The translations under genes and the position numbers were made by a program. A stretch of 57,074 bases of DNA from a virus (Duplodnaviria; Caudoviricetes), in the IMG/VR virus record IMGVR_UViG_3300006735_000038, positions 1 through 57,074 of that record. The stretch is one strand, 5' to 3'. Position 1 is the stretch's first letter; each line of letters begins with the position of its first letter. Under the pieces are notes generated by a model. It was given only the letters and a program-made list of their open reading frames with translations. It was not told the origin of the DNA and searched no databases. Positions 28,801 to 37,032 of the stretch are shown here, piece after piece.

Positions 28801-31800
28801 TCTATCCTGCTAGATATATTACGAAAGTCATCATCTACGAGGTTATTGGTGTTGTCTATAGCGTCAAGTGCGGTATCGGTATCAGAAGGGATACCAAGCA
28901 ATAGCCCCATCTTTCGTTTTAGAGAACTGTCTTGTTCCGGTCCCTCAAGAGCGGTGTTATACAAAGTAACACCTAGTTTCGTTAACAAATTATTGTATCT
29001 TGATTCACCAGTAAACGTCGGGTTAGCCTCCAACAGCCCTCGTTCTCCTAAAAGGTTCGTGCCATCTGAATCAAGGTATCTTTGAAATAGGGCGACACCT
29101 GTGTTTCCATTTATACTCTCCAGTACCCTTTCAGTGTTTTGACCAAGTTTTCTATGATTTGCATCTACCACTCTAGACAATACTTTAGCTACTTCATAAA
29201 AAGCTTCATCACCTATATCACGTTTTAGTTCAGAAAAATCACCATCAATCATCTTCTGAAGCGAATCCTGATCTTTAGCGTAACGATTCAAAAAGTCTAA
29301 AAGAAAATCTTCAGGAGTGTCGATTAGAAAAGTTCCTACAAGTTTACCTTTTAAATCATTTATTTCTTCTTGAGTGAATCCCGTATCTTGCCATTCTAAT
29401 CCAAAGGTGTCTTGAAAGAGAGCATTATCTTTCCATGAGTTACGTAAGCTAAGTCCTTCGCCAATTGGATTTCTCCGAACGGCTCCAATACCAATATCAC
29501 TTATACCTTCAGATACAAATTCTGGTCCTGAATTTGGGGTAGCAGTTCCAACTGATAGAAGTCTACGTGTTTCATTTAACAACTCAGGATCAAGTGCAAG
29601 TATCGAACTATTTAAAACCGTGCCATCTGCTTGCCTAAGCTGAGACATGATCGCTGGTAAGCTAAATGAGCCAAATCTTTCATCAAAGTCTGTCCTAAAA
29701 TCTCTCACTTTACCGTCTTCTATAAAAAAGTTTTTAAGAATTTGACGTCCTACGGCTTTAGCAACATCCCGCTCATCCATATCATCGAAATAATCGCTAA
29801 ATTCCCCTTCTGGTAGCCGAAGCTCAAAAATATCTTGAATCATAGCAGCTAAGCGTTCAGCGGTTCTGCTCTCAGCTGAGTCCCGTAAGCTGGTTGATCT
29901 GTTGTGATAACCATCTCCTTGAATCCGATCAGCATCTCCATCAACAAAAGAAGCTAACTCTGCCAAAATAGTTTGCCTAATAAGAGAATTAAAAATTTCT
30001 TCACGCCTATCACGCTCAGAAGAGTCAGGCGGAAGTCTTTTTATTTTTTCCCTCATTGCAAAAAGTCTAGGATAATCATTTGGACTTAGACTTGCTACAG
30101 AATCGACATCATCTATAGCAAACTGTATAGCATCTTGTAACAGAAAATTAAACCCAGAGTCATTTTCAAGTTTTCTCGCCTCTGCGAGTTCTCGTATGGC
30201 CTGTATTTTTTCAGGGCCATCAGGCATTGCAGCAATGCGTTCTATTTCTTCGACTGGAGCGTCGTTGGTCCCTAAATCAAGTATAACCCCCTCTGCAATA
30301 TTATTAATTACAGGGGCTAACGGATTTCTTGTAGGAGGAGTGTCTGCATCAGCATCTTCAATATTAATTACTGGATTAGGTATCTCATTAACTGCGTCTG
30401 CTACTGGTTCAACAATGTCTCTGTCCGTGGACATTAAGCCGACTGTTGGATCTTCGGCAACATCTTCATATGAGAATGATTCATATCCTATTTCCGGACT
30501 GGATTGCCTAGAACCACCTCCTATGCCAAGTAGCCTATCAATATCAATTTGATCTTGTTTACGTTGCCTAGCATCTAGTTCTCGCTTGATGGCTTTGTCT
30601 AAATTAATAGTTGCTACATCCCCAACTTCACTATCAGTACGCTCCCCTAAATCACTACGAATAAACTTATACTTATTCTTAAGAAGTTCTCTATCAGCAT
30701 CAGTAAAGTTATCTACCAATTCTTGAATTTCGCCACCTATTTCACTCAACCTAGCATAGTCACGCTCATCAGGTTCCAAAGCCATTATAAACTGAAACTC
30801 ATTCAACAATCCCAAATATTCAGAGCGATCCACATCATCAATATCAAAGTCCTCAGCTGAAGTCAAAGCCTCTATTCTATTCAAACTCTCCACATATAAA
30901 GCAACTAAATCATCATCAGAAAGTTCTTTTAAAGCTTTCTCAGTTGAAGCATTAGTATTTCTGAATTCTTCATCAATCTCATCAATCCTGCCATAAATTC
31001 TTTCCAAAGCAGGACCAAACGGAACTCCAAAATCTGACCTAGCTCCCAAACGCTTAACGTTTTCTTCTATCTCAGTACCCGTAAATATATCTGCAAGTTC
31101 AGTATTCGTAGTCAAAATAGCAGACAAACTCGTAACTTCTTCACTTGGATTATCCAAAACGCTAAGTCTATTAGCAAAATCCCGCTCAGCTTCCCCCAAA
31201 AGCTGAATACCACTTTTATCAAGTTCAGGTATACGCTGCACATTCGCCAAATTACCGATGGCTTCCTCAACTGTAAACCCATCAGACTCCGCCCTAGCAA
31301 TGTACCAAAGTAATTCTTTCTCAGACTTAGACCACGGCTTTCCTTGTGGATCTGAAAGAACTGAGGCTTTGTTTATCATCTTTCTTTGCTTAATTTCTTC
31401 TAAGAAGACATGGGCTTTAGCAATTTCAGGGTATCTCTCCATCAATCCTGCTTGACCAAATTCGCCTCCAGATAGAATAATATCTAGCTCTCTCTCGTCT
31501 ATAGATTGCCCTAGTTCAAGTAAAGTCACATCATCAGTGTCATCTGCCAAAACATCTATAAAAAGATCACGGTCTTCGGGACTCATTTTAAAAGCTTCAT
31601 CATGCAAGTCGAGTATGCGCTCAAACTCTGGAGTAAATGGGATACCGCCATCATCCCTAGGAAGTCTTTCATCATCACCCATACTTGGACGATCCAAAGA
31701 AAAAGATATTGGAGGCGGAGGTGGAGTAGGGGGTTCTTCCAGCATCGAATCTGCTAATGGATTAAATGGTGGAGGAGGAGAAGGCAAAGGCTCTCTAAAC

Positions 31801-33296
31801 TCAGGCTCATCTACCTCTAGCTCAAAGTCAGAAGGAATATCGTACCTAAAGCGAGTACCATCAGGATTTAAAGCTATCGAACGTTTCCTATGTGTACTAA
31901 GCCTACCAACATGGTCAATATAAAGGCCAAGTTCTTCTCTTCTTCTCAAAAAAGGCGTACCAAAATTATGAGCATCTAGAAAATCTTGACGACTCTCATA
32001 ATCGTCATACAACCCAGCATTTCGTTCATCAATATACTTAACCAACGAACTTAATTCAACAAAGTCCTTATACCTAGACATATTCAGTCTATGCGCATCA
32101 GAATCATCAGCAGATATAGCCAAAAAATCTAAAATATCTTCTTCAGTTATTTCCGACTCATCGTAATTCCTAGGTATTCTTCTACCCACACTATCTACAC
32201 GCTCCCTCTCAGGAAGCAGCTGATCTATCCAAAAATTCTTTAACTCTGTGTGCTCTTGCTTAATTCTGTCATCTAACTCATTTCTATCACGAGAATGCAT
32301 AGACAACGCACGCAGCTTCCTAGGCTTTCTTTTTCGGTCCTTTAATTCACCTTTTCGATTCCTCAAATTAAATTTTCTACGACGTAAACTTTGAGTATTA
32401 TTTAAAGACCGCCTAGTGTACCTTCTAGTTCCATCAACAATTCCATATCGCTCAGGAGAATAATCTGGCCTCAAATAATCTGGCATACCCCTCTCGTCAA
32501 CTCCAATGCCTTGACGATCAGGGAGAACAGAATTAATAAATACGGGCGGAGGAGCATCAGGAAGGGTTTCATCAACAGAATCTATGTCTCTAGGAGTAAC
32601 AGGCCTAGTGTCTCTCCTTCTAGCACTAAGAGCATTTAACAAACTTCCATTTATGGCTTCAATCTGTCGCTGAACTTTACGGTTATCTCTTGCCTCACCA
32701 GAAGTCAAAGAAAGCCTTCCAGCTTCAGCTTTCATAGAGCGCTCAATAGCATCAACAATTTTAGTATATGTAGCGTCATCAATATTTTCAAAGTCAGGCA
32801 TATTGATTAAACGTTGCAAATTGTTTACATCTTCAAAAAAGGAATCACCTTTTAAGACATCTCTATCTTCACGTGACATCCCTGACAACTGGGATAACTC
32901 CCCAATCGACCTACCTAGTATTCCTCTAGTTTCATACTGAGCGGCAACATCATCTAAATTCTTGGAAGAAGCCAATAAAGAATCTATAGCATTATCCAAA
33001 TTATTTTTATAAATATCTGGTAAATCCCTAGACCTTTGCTCAGGTCGCTTAGGAAGCAGCCTGCCCCTTCTTCTAGTTGTATTAGTTATTGCCGCTTGTA
33101 ATTTAGCAATAGAATCAACAACCGAATCAGCCAACCTATACCCACAATTAGTACCAAACCTATCAGTAAAGGTTCCACCCCGTCTAGTTCCGGGTGGGCA
33201 CCTAAATCTGTTCGCCCCCGCATCAAAAATAGCAGCACTAGATGCACGACGCCCTACCCTAGCAAGCCGTCTAGGAGCACTTTGTTTCTGATCCAA
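22803..33296 (-). CDS. Giant acidic polyvalent protein with GNAT-like and C-terminal HipA/PI3-4-kinase-like domains
   Basis: 3,497 aa. N-terminal FRCPPG..GGTFTD..CG. RGSGLSR..FYDALGV..ASLDGSAAWARAG (~24640-24780). YITKYS, NEALG..ANALG, LLDGVINNSDRNAGNL and LPIDAGRG kinase motifs (~23340-23800). The frame stays open upstream to the T9 run at 33395-33403. Confidence 0.8.
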   Translation of the reverse strand: MDQKQSAPRRLARVGRRASSAAIFDAGANRFRCPPGTRRGGTFTDRFGTNCGYRLADSVVDSIAKLQAAITNTTRRRGRLLPKRPEQRSRDLPDIYKNNLDNAIDSLLASSKNLDDVAAQYETRGILGRSIGELSQLSGMSREDRDVLKGDSFFEDVNNLQRLINMPDFENIDDATYTKIVDAIERSMKAEAGRLSLTSGEARDNRKVQRQIEAINGSLLNALSARRRDTRPVTPRDIDSVDETLPDAPPPVFINSVLPDRQGIGVDERGMPDYLRPDYSPERYGIVDGTRRYTRRSLNNTQSLRRRKFNLRNRKGELKDRKRKPRKLRALSMHSRDRNELDDRIKQEHTELKNFWIDQLLPERERVDSVGRRIPRNYDESEITEEDILDFLAISADDSDAHRLNMSRYKDFVELSSLVKYIDERNAGLYDDYESRQDFLDAHNFGTPFLRRREELGLYIDHVGRLSTHRKRSIALNPDGTRFRYDIPSDFELEVDEPEFREPLPSPPPPFNPLADSMLEEPPTPPPPPISFSLDRPSMGDDERLPRDDGGIPFTPEFERILDLHDEAFKMSPEDRDLFIDVLADDTDDVTLLELGQSIDERELDIILSGGEFGQAGLMERYPEIAKAHVFLEEIKQRKMINKASVLSDPQGKPWSKSEKELLWYIARAESDGFTVEEAIGNLANVQRIPELDKSGIQLLGEAERDFANRLSVLDNPSEEVTSLSAILTTNTELADIFTGTEIEENVKRLGARSDFGVPFGPALERIYGRIDEIDEEFRNTNASTEKALKELSDDDLVALYVESLNRIEALTSAEDFDIDDVDRSEYLGLLNEFQFIMALEPDERDYARLSEIGGEIQELVDNFTDADRELLKNKYKFIRSDLGERTDSEVGDVATINLDKAIKRELDARQRKQDQIDIDRLLGIGGGSRQSSPEIGYESFSYEDVAEDPTVGLMSTDRDIVEPVADAVNEIPNPVINIEDADADTPPTRNPLAPVINNIAEGVILDLGTNDAPVEEIERIAAMPDGPEKIQAIRELAEARKLENDSGFNFLLQDAIQFAIDDVDSVASLSPNDYPRLFAMREKIKRLPPDSSERDRREEIFNSLIRQTILAELASFVDGDADRIQGDGYHNRSTSLRDSAESRTAERLAAMIQDIFELRLPEGEFSDYFDDMDERDVAKAVGRQILKNFFIEDGKVRDFRTDFDERFGSFSLPAIMSQLRQADGTVLNSSILALDPELLNETRRLLSVGTATPNSGPEFVSEGISDIGIGAVRRNPIGEGLSLRNSWKDNALFQDTFGLEWQDTGFTQEEINDLKGKLVGTFLIDTPEDFLLDFLNRYAKDQDSLQKMIDGDFSELKRDIGDEAFYEVAKVLSRVVDANHRKLGQNTERVLESINGNTGVALFQRYLDSDGTNLLGERGLLEANPTFTGESRYNNLLTKLGVTLYNTALEGPEQDSSLKRKMGLLLGIPSDTDTALDAIDNTNNLVDDDFRNISSRIDSVTALKVTRAIFGGEKDVYPYENTPDIQPSEIADKLENSDLSLEELDNYINFLIDIEGSVFAWQDDITRFLPSNTDEEFTSVSNIDTFEKINQKLLAGSLLAKYRKESQFSERIQEKLDIGSVPYSQALFESLRPFDLNIEFIDRDGETVNLSDDKRKLLDIILGGEDSVVDRLLSVQNVNIDNPTVQSKIKENLNRLDSEQLNSLADALEELFFTNSAGNLLPTRVRERGGSAPAQAILSELVRESDLSFSNPEDRQNILNLAYQLEGFERRALEDPTNTVFSLVMSDGETREIDFSDTTMAALDIGFTSNPPLRDFDIFKRLVNEEIARRTVEETTRDVINIFEQETDGIAEKILTHNPNIENRFGLGQLPEAELIDKLRTIVYAKMTSKELDTMRLNMKSILAEETQRNTIRYRRLSKISNMLDELALEINENQLIGESAIREIGSPSSYDIEGTGINFGFAHQVDPRVHSLRGLLDAIRYRDDLDDLDDLDPIDTGWARAIAPETLRTLGAERLGNLISIAEAGNIFDTYIRRMTGQDNENLGIGSIRTHRSLDISGFLSTLTNEEIKEFHSAYERLKGMSSRDLTGAERLNRRKMDKAFFEINVDRDIVGNSWLYQTDRYLPLTDALLEIAIPEAGRNLVTRSPYARQPELPEYVSATLAPRSMGDMSIEGLRDAAAKIDRLLYGTELNDDPFIQPATRERLTRQLKNLELEIDRKLAIAALSLGDFENYQFITLAELGVAQRDLPRMKQILLEQLDADGVSDNLLNALGVIDNLQKDLGVINRRGVDGRPIEKSTNAFTVDLLNPISGVSQRTEPMTARVDMALEAWVVGDLERARNILRPAISDDIAIAIKLRNDQIRGVVGDDPNNSPILELLGIDLRTPDESEVKEGLQKMALAYLLEGYESRRSIILSLREFDGETGAGFPDEVFGIDSGVIEDDFLDDDMLEAIYARLEAYGITLKDLGIIGDTQFLSSTVFDDSDEIWTDAPDTSSFGPMSDKAKKFIDDLYALEEQFHNGELDGPMAEWFRQNLKGERLNLQHIKQLNDEIISLRGTLSSPISNPKGYEARGEIAPNVFRFNGNIAYFSGEVDRELRIRSRRNLRIRNSFAKARARGRVASKAEVPNVWGEESADNARNQLDTATEARVASQAVNIWGGDIERGITPWAPPDLTTGITPPRPSISVDPEPSTVDNESIKTFKDNFGLSGIYIPLNKTVEADFGEGLKQYTLVTKPEVYDAGGAKIPASGGYSITIDGEFTHYLVPSDVLEQVNELGAFSPEGQDLLNNFAIKGARTQGPALNRGNFKRQITSSGGTSEATHAGFFAGKATFTPVNGDPIVVDARGSGLSRVMNDNAMLFYDALGVDKWTMGASLDGSAAWARAGVITPDTATLDSLDREMNQVADLAIAFFTKRDAGIDTTPDEKHAALITGNISRAKAIKAMANFGPSVNRPQHVDYIRTLDPSGEGKNTAAFVFFSQNVFDSAKLKQVIEQNPDIEIENLGTVDDPILDLPLDLPDSAFLVYGNRDLTGVNPLSSPDSPLPSDRTASEISKILSGRQSVTESPTTGRAFKKDAYGAVVFTGTVNTSTLQDRGQLRTTGPSTAGPNDPLTPADIPSDTPLDKIKQDFLFDFFVLNSSEDRGDDSRFFRTGLVSGNNTVLFEDKETGKKYITKYSPVGDGGATFDHPAFGGGENTEENGGTNEALGAAMANALGFEVGAVISAGDINNIRNAVIIEPLQNIHGPDIVPLNDEFNGGLPPSPTDAQYVELLGSVDPADIVRLLLLDGVINNSDRNAGNLFIKRNPDGTVSLLPIDAGRGVYSRTSRAVDGKIGITYMGPTVPDESKIIRIEEDGREQLKKIIVAHLMDTFDTTPNLRRMGLAKVLGKDSVRGKDTSEIKIDKSKLNSVVDDILSQVAQLGNTIDDESILDIERNFGTIDRQMGEFGDLGDAVIDVRRAFQERRRWLQQASREDIIKLLEEAYETIQAPFDEVVNDE
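27316..27346. repeat. 9-bp tandem repeat encoding DDLDDLDDL
   Basis: Three near-identical TCATCTAAG-type units inside the giant ORF. Confidence 0.6.
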
Positions 33297-33385
33297 ATAA
33301 TCACTAAAAAGAGAAGCCCTGAAATTTACTTCATCAAAATATGAGCTGTCTGCTTTTAAAGCTAAAGCAATCTCTTTAGTCGAAT

Positions 33386-35092
33386 TTAACTGACTTTTTT
33401 TTTATGTGAATAATCGTACATATGTGTACGTCGGAAAGAAGGATCTAGCGCTTTCTTCCCATTCTCAACAACTTCGAAAACTGGTGAAGATTTTGGTCTA
33501 CGGGGTGCAGACCTAGACAAGAAGGTTTCATAAACCCACCTAGGCACAACTTGTACTTTATCGCCAGACTGAACTCTAACAAGCTCACGCATCTCTTTCG
33601 TTACAGTCGCAAACTTTCCACCGGAAACCTCACCAAAGTCTAGTTTAAAACGCTCTTCAGTTATCTCTGAAAAGTTTCTTAAAAATGCTGTTGGATCAGG
33701 AATGTCCGCAGCCCTACTAACCGCAGATTGAATATTAGTTTTAAGGCTACCAAGCTCTTCAGGTGAAAGCTCTCCACCATCTCTATAAATTCTTATAGCC
33801 CCCACATCCGGAATAGCTACATAAATGTCCCTCAATCCAGTACTGAAAGCTTGAACAGCGTCCCTTCCAATGTTCTTCTCAGCTCTATCACGAATTAACA
33901 AAGAGCCATCAGCTAAATCATCAAACTCATCTAGTTTACCTAAAGCAGCAAATGAAACTGCAGGCTCAAGAATCAAACCATCACGGCGTATAATTCTAGA
34001 ACCAAGCGATTCAGTATTATACGCAGTTAACAATAAATCTAGTGCCTGTTGCTGTCTAACAAAAGAATTCTTCTTTGGGGCAGGTTGAATTAGCGTAGCA
34101 TTAGTAGCTGCGCTAATATTGAATCCTCTAGATTTTCCAACCTCAGGAAACATAGTGCGCATTCTAAATAATCTTGATAACGCCCCTAACAAATCTCCTG
34201 ATGGAGATCCCGGACCTATTCTTGGGACAGATAATATTTGCGCACCACAAGTTGAGAACTGTGAATCAGTAAACGTTCCACCTTTCTCAAATCCCGGTGG
34301 ACACCTAAACTTATTCCTAGCTCCCCTACCAGTGCCTCGAACCAACCTACGAATCCTTGACCTTGCACGGCCTCCGCCCGGAGTTAATGCTTCATAAACT
34401 TGGGATCGAGCAAAACGCCTAGGATTCCAAACGCTTATATCAGAAACATTTCCCGGAGCTATAGCAGTACCAACACCTTGTGCTGCTTGAAGCAACGGGT
34501 TAGAAGAACCAATAGTACCAACTCGTTTAACATCAATATTAGCAGGCAAACTATCCTGCATCTTATTAAACATAGCTGCCTTAAATTCAACAGCCGCCTG
34601 TCTTCCAGCAATCGGCTGATACAAGACACCGCCAAAATCTCTAGACTCTTTCAAAGCCATTTTATACTCAGATACTTCAAACGTATCAGAAACAAAGTCA
34701 TCTGACTTTGCCTTACGAGCAGCTTTACGAATCTTTCGAGTTACTTTACGAGCCTTAGGCTTTTTCTTTTTACGCCCATGATGATTACCTTCATTAGGCC
34801 ACTTACCAGTTACCTCATGGTGCAACCAAGCACAAATTCTTTGAGGAGGGTACAGTTTAGGCTTATCAGCTAGAATCACAACACAGCGCCTAAAGCCACC
34901 GGGTTTTTTCATTATGGGTCGCCAGTATTTTAGGAGATCTTCTAGATTTCCTCGCCTTGGTCCTCGACCTCTTAGAATGTCACCAGTGATGCGCTCTTGA
35001 GGAATACCAATAACTTCTGGTGCTTTTACAGACTGCTCGAAAGCTTTTTCTAGTTTTTCAAATGCTTCGAGTTCATCTTCAAAAATACTCAT
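33386..35092 (-). CDS. Head-associated protein; probable N-terminal part of the giant protein
   Basis: 568 aa. GNLEDLLKYW..PGGFRRC..ICAWLHHEVTGKWP module and FRCPPG..GGTFTD..CG module; ends HKKKVS* across an A9 run. Confidence 0.7.
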   Translation of the reverse strand: MSIFEDELEAFEKLEKAFEQSVKAPEVIGIPQERITGDILRGRGPRRGNLEDLLKYWRPIMKKPGGFRRCVVILADKPKLYPPQRICAWLHHEVTGKWPNEGNHHGRKKKKPKARKVTRKIRKAARKAKSDDFVSDTFEVSEYKMALKESRDFGGVLYQPIAGRQAAVEFKAAMFNKMQDSLPANIDVKRVGTIGSSNPLLQAAQGVGTAIAPGNVSDISVWNPRRFARSQVYEALTPGGGRARSRIRRLVRGTGRGARNKFRCPPGFEKGGTFTDSQFSTCGAQILSVPRIGPGSPSGDLLGALSRLFRMRTMFPEVGKSRGFNISAATNATLIQPAPKKNSFVRQQQALDLLLTAYNTESLGSRIIRRDGLILEPAVSFAALGKLDEFDDLADGSLLIRDRAEKNIGRDAVQAFSTGLRDIYVAIPDVGAIRIYRDGGELSPEELGSLKTNIQSAVSRAADIPDPTAFLRNFSEITEERFKLDFGEVSGGKFATVTKEMRELVRVQSGDKVQVVPRWVYETFLSRSAPRRPKSSPVFEVVENGKKALDPSFRRTHMYDYSHKKKVS

Positions 35093-35262
35093 AAGGTATC
35101 CTGTTCATATTCGCTTGGAATAAACTCCAAAACATTTTCGTCTTCATCATATTGTATACGATTGTCTTCATCTACATGACCAAGAAACGCTTTTGCACCC
35201 AAGTTTAATAGCAAGTCATTAACCAGCCCTATGCGCATGTTTGCACGTTTAGAGTGCATCAT
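35089..35262 (-). CDS. Small hypothetical protein (57 aa, not in ORF track)
   Basis: GGAGG RBS; MMHSKRANMRIGLVNDLLLNLGAKAFLGHVDEDNRIQYDEDENVLEFIPSEYEQDTL*; ATGA overlap with the gene starting at 35092. Confidence 0.6.
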   Translation of the reverse strand: MMHSKRANMRIGLVNDLLLNLGAKAFLGHVDEDNRIQYDEDENVLEFIPSEYEQDTL

Positions 35263-35277
35263 TCCTCCAAAAACTGT

Positions 35278-36999
35278 CTAAAGACCTTCCTCTGATTTTA
35301 GTGCTTCAAATTCTGCTAACTGCTCTTCCAAAGACTTCTCATCTTCCATTCTACGTGGAGCAGGTGCAGGAGCGTCTCCGCCTCCGCCTGCAGCAGGGGC
35401 TGGAGCAGCAGCAGGGGCTGGAGCAGCAGCAGGTGCAGCTTCACCTTCTTCCCCTTCTTCTCCTTGCATCATTTCTGGTGGAAGCATATCTTCTAACCCT
35501 AGCTCTTTAGCACGCTTCATAATATGTGCTTTAGCAGCAGCTTGATCTTTTGCTCTTGGTAGTGCAACTATTGCATTTTCCAAATCAGCTTGATCAGCAA
35601 TTGGGAATGAACCATCAGGTAGTGCATCTCCGTTTTCAGCCATTTGCTGTCGCTGTTCACGAGAGTACATACGCTTGATTGATAGCTCAGCTTCAAGTGC
35701 TTTTATTTCTTCTTCTTCGCTAAGCTCCGCTTCAGTCTCTAGTTCATACTCATCGTAACCTAGAACTTTACCGTTTACCGAAACAAAGAAATCATAGCTC
35801 TTTTCATCAGCTGCTTCAATCTCAACCACATAAACATCTTCATTACCAAAGACATCTACCATTACACTTGAAATAGAGCCTTCAATTTCTCTATCAGCAA
35901 GTTCTTTAATGGCAACATTTTCAGCATCTTGTCTGGAAATTATGTTTAGGTCTTCAGCAGATTTTTCATCCATGATAGAAGGATCTATAGTGAGCCATCC
36001 TAACTCTTCACCTTCGCCAGACATAAATACCTCAATGTACTTACCTGTGTCTTGCTTAATATCTACAACATAAATATCATCCAATGATGAATATCCTGAA
36101 TTGATAACCTCAGAGTTTGCATATAGTGACTTAACTTGATTTTCTATGTCTGCAAGTCCGGGTAGGCCATCTACAGAAGCACAACCACCTTCACACATGT
36201 CACAAGGCTCATCCAGCATCTTTTTCTGTAAGCCACATAAGCACGCTGATTTCTCACCCTCAGCCATTGCTGCTTGATATGCTTCCATAGTTCCACATGG
36301 CATGAACATTCCATTGCTATGCTGGTGAGCGCCTTCACAGCCAAGCTGAGCTGCTCTTGCAACTGCTTGTGCTTCACTCTCAAACATGTCCTTGTCAGCC
36401 TCATCTTTTCTCTTCATTTTATCTTTGTCATGAGGTTTACCATAATGCTTTTTTCTGTCAGTGTTTATTTCTAGAGGGCTTCTACGGCGATATCGAGTCC
36501 CGTAACCTTTTCCGTCATTTTCTTCAAATACACCAACTTTTTCATAAGCATACTTAGCGTCTTCATCTAATCCATCAAAAGACTCTCTCATAAGAAGTTC
36601 GCCATTTTCCATCATTTCTTTATAACGAACATCAGATAGGAACAATACGGGCATGTCTGATTCTGATTCTTCTTCAGAGATTTGTTGCATAATGCTCATT
36701 GCTTTTGCGCTTATCTCTTTATCATCCGACTTTTCTTCGCCTTCATGATTATCTGATGAATCCTCTTCTTCTTCGACTTCAGCTTCATCTTCGCTATCAG
36801 CTTCTTCAACAACCTCATCAGATTCCTCCCCATCCTCTGATTCTTCAGCTTCTTCTTCTTCTTCAGCTGGGGCTTCTTCCGTAGTCTCTTCTACAGCTTC
36901 TTCCACAGCTTCTTCATCATCTGACTTGACCTCAACTTCTGCAAGCTGAGATTCAAGCTCTTCAAACTTTTGAAGTTCTGCCTCTATATTGTCACTCAT
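35278..36999 (-). CDS. Highly acidic scaffold-like head protein with GCxGxH..PC, two PepSY-like repeats and a PDGSFPI module
   Basis: E/D-rich N-terminus; AAQLGCEGAH..MFMPC; ISRQDAENVA..YVVEI..YDFFVSVNGKVLGYDE; ALPDGSFPI..DLENAI..HIMKRAKELG; directly after the protease. Confidence 0.7.
   Translation of the reverse strand: MSDNIEAELQKFEELESQLAEVEVKSDDEEAVEEAVEETTEEAPAEEEEEAEESEDGEESDEVVEEADSEDEAEVEEEEDSSDNHEGEEKSDDKEISAKAMSIMQQISEEESESDMPVLFLSDVRYKEMMENGELLMRESFDGLDEDAKYAYEKVGVFEENDGKGYGTRYRRRSPLEINTDRKKHYGKPHDKDKMKRKDEADKDMFESEAQAVARAAQLGCEGAHQHSNGMFMPCGTMEAYQAAMAEGEKSACLCGLQKKMLDEPCDMCEGGCASVDGLPGLADIENQVKSLYANSEVINSGYSSLDDIYVVDIKQDTGKYIEVFMSGEGEELGWLTIDPSIMDEKSAEDLNIISRQDAENVAIKELADREIEGSISSVMVDVFGNEDVYVVEIEAADEKSYDFFVSVNGKVLGYDEYELETEAELSEEEEIKALEAELSIKRMYSREQRQQMAENGDALPDGSFPIADQADLENAIVALPRAKDQAAAKAHIMKRAKELGLEDMLPPEMMQGEEGEEGEAAPAAAPAPAAAPAPAAGGGGDAPAPAPRRMEDEKSLEEQLAEFEALKSEEGL
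35390..35433. repeat. 18-bp tandem repeat encoding a PAAAPA linker
   Basis: GCAGCAGGGGCTGGAGCA repeated twice plus a partial copy. Confidence 0.7.
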
Positions 37000-37032
37000 T
37001 TTGTTTACTCCTAAAATCTTTCTCAGCTTATT

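Noticed and set aside
31700-31790. G-rich purine tracts as a G-quadruplex or regulatory repeat
   Set aside because: Fully explained by poly-proline linker codons (PSPPPP, PPTPPPPP) on the minus strand.
22803-33296. Giant ORFs as tape measure, tail fibre or virion RNA polymerase
   Set aside because: They lack tape-measure Ala/Gly helical repeats and fibre repeats, I saw no DxDGD-type polymerase motif in a convincing context, and a better tape-measure candidate starts at 63.
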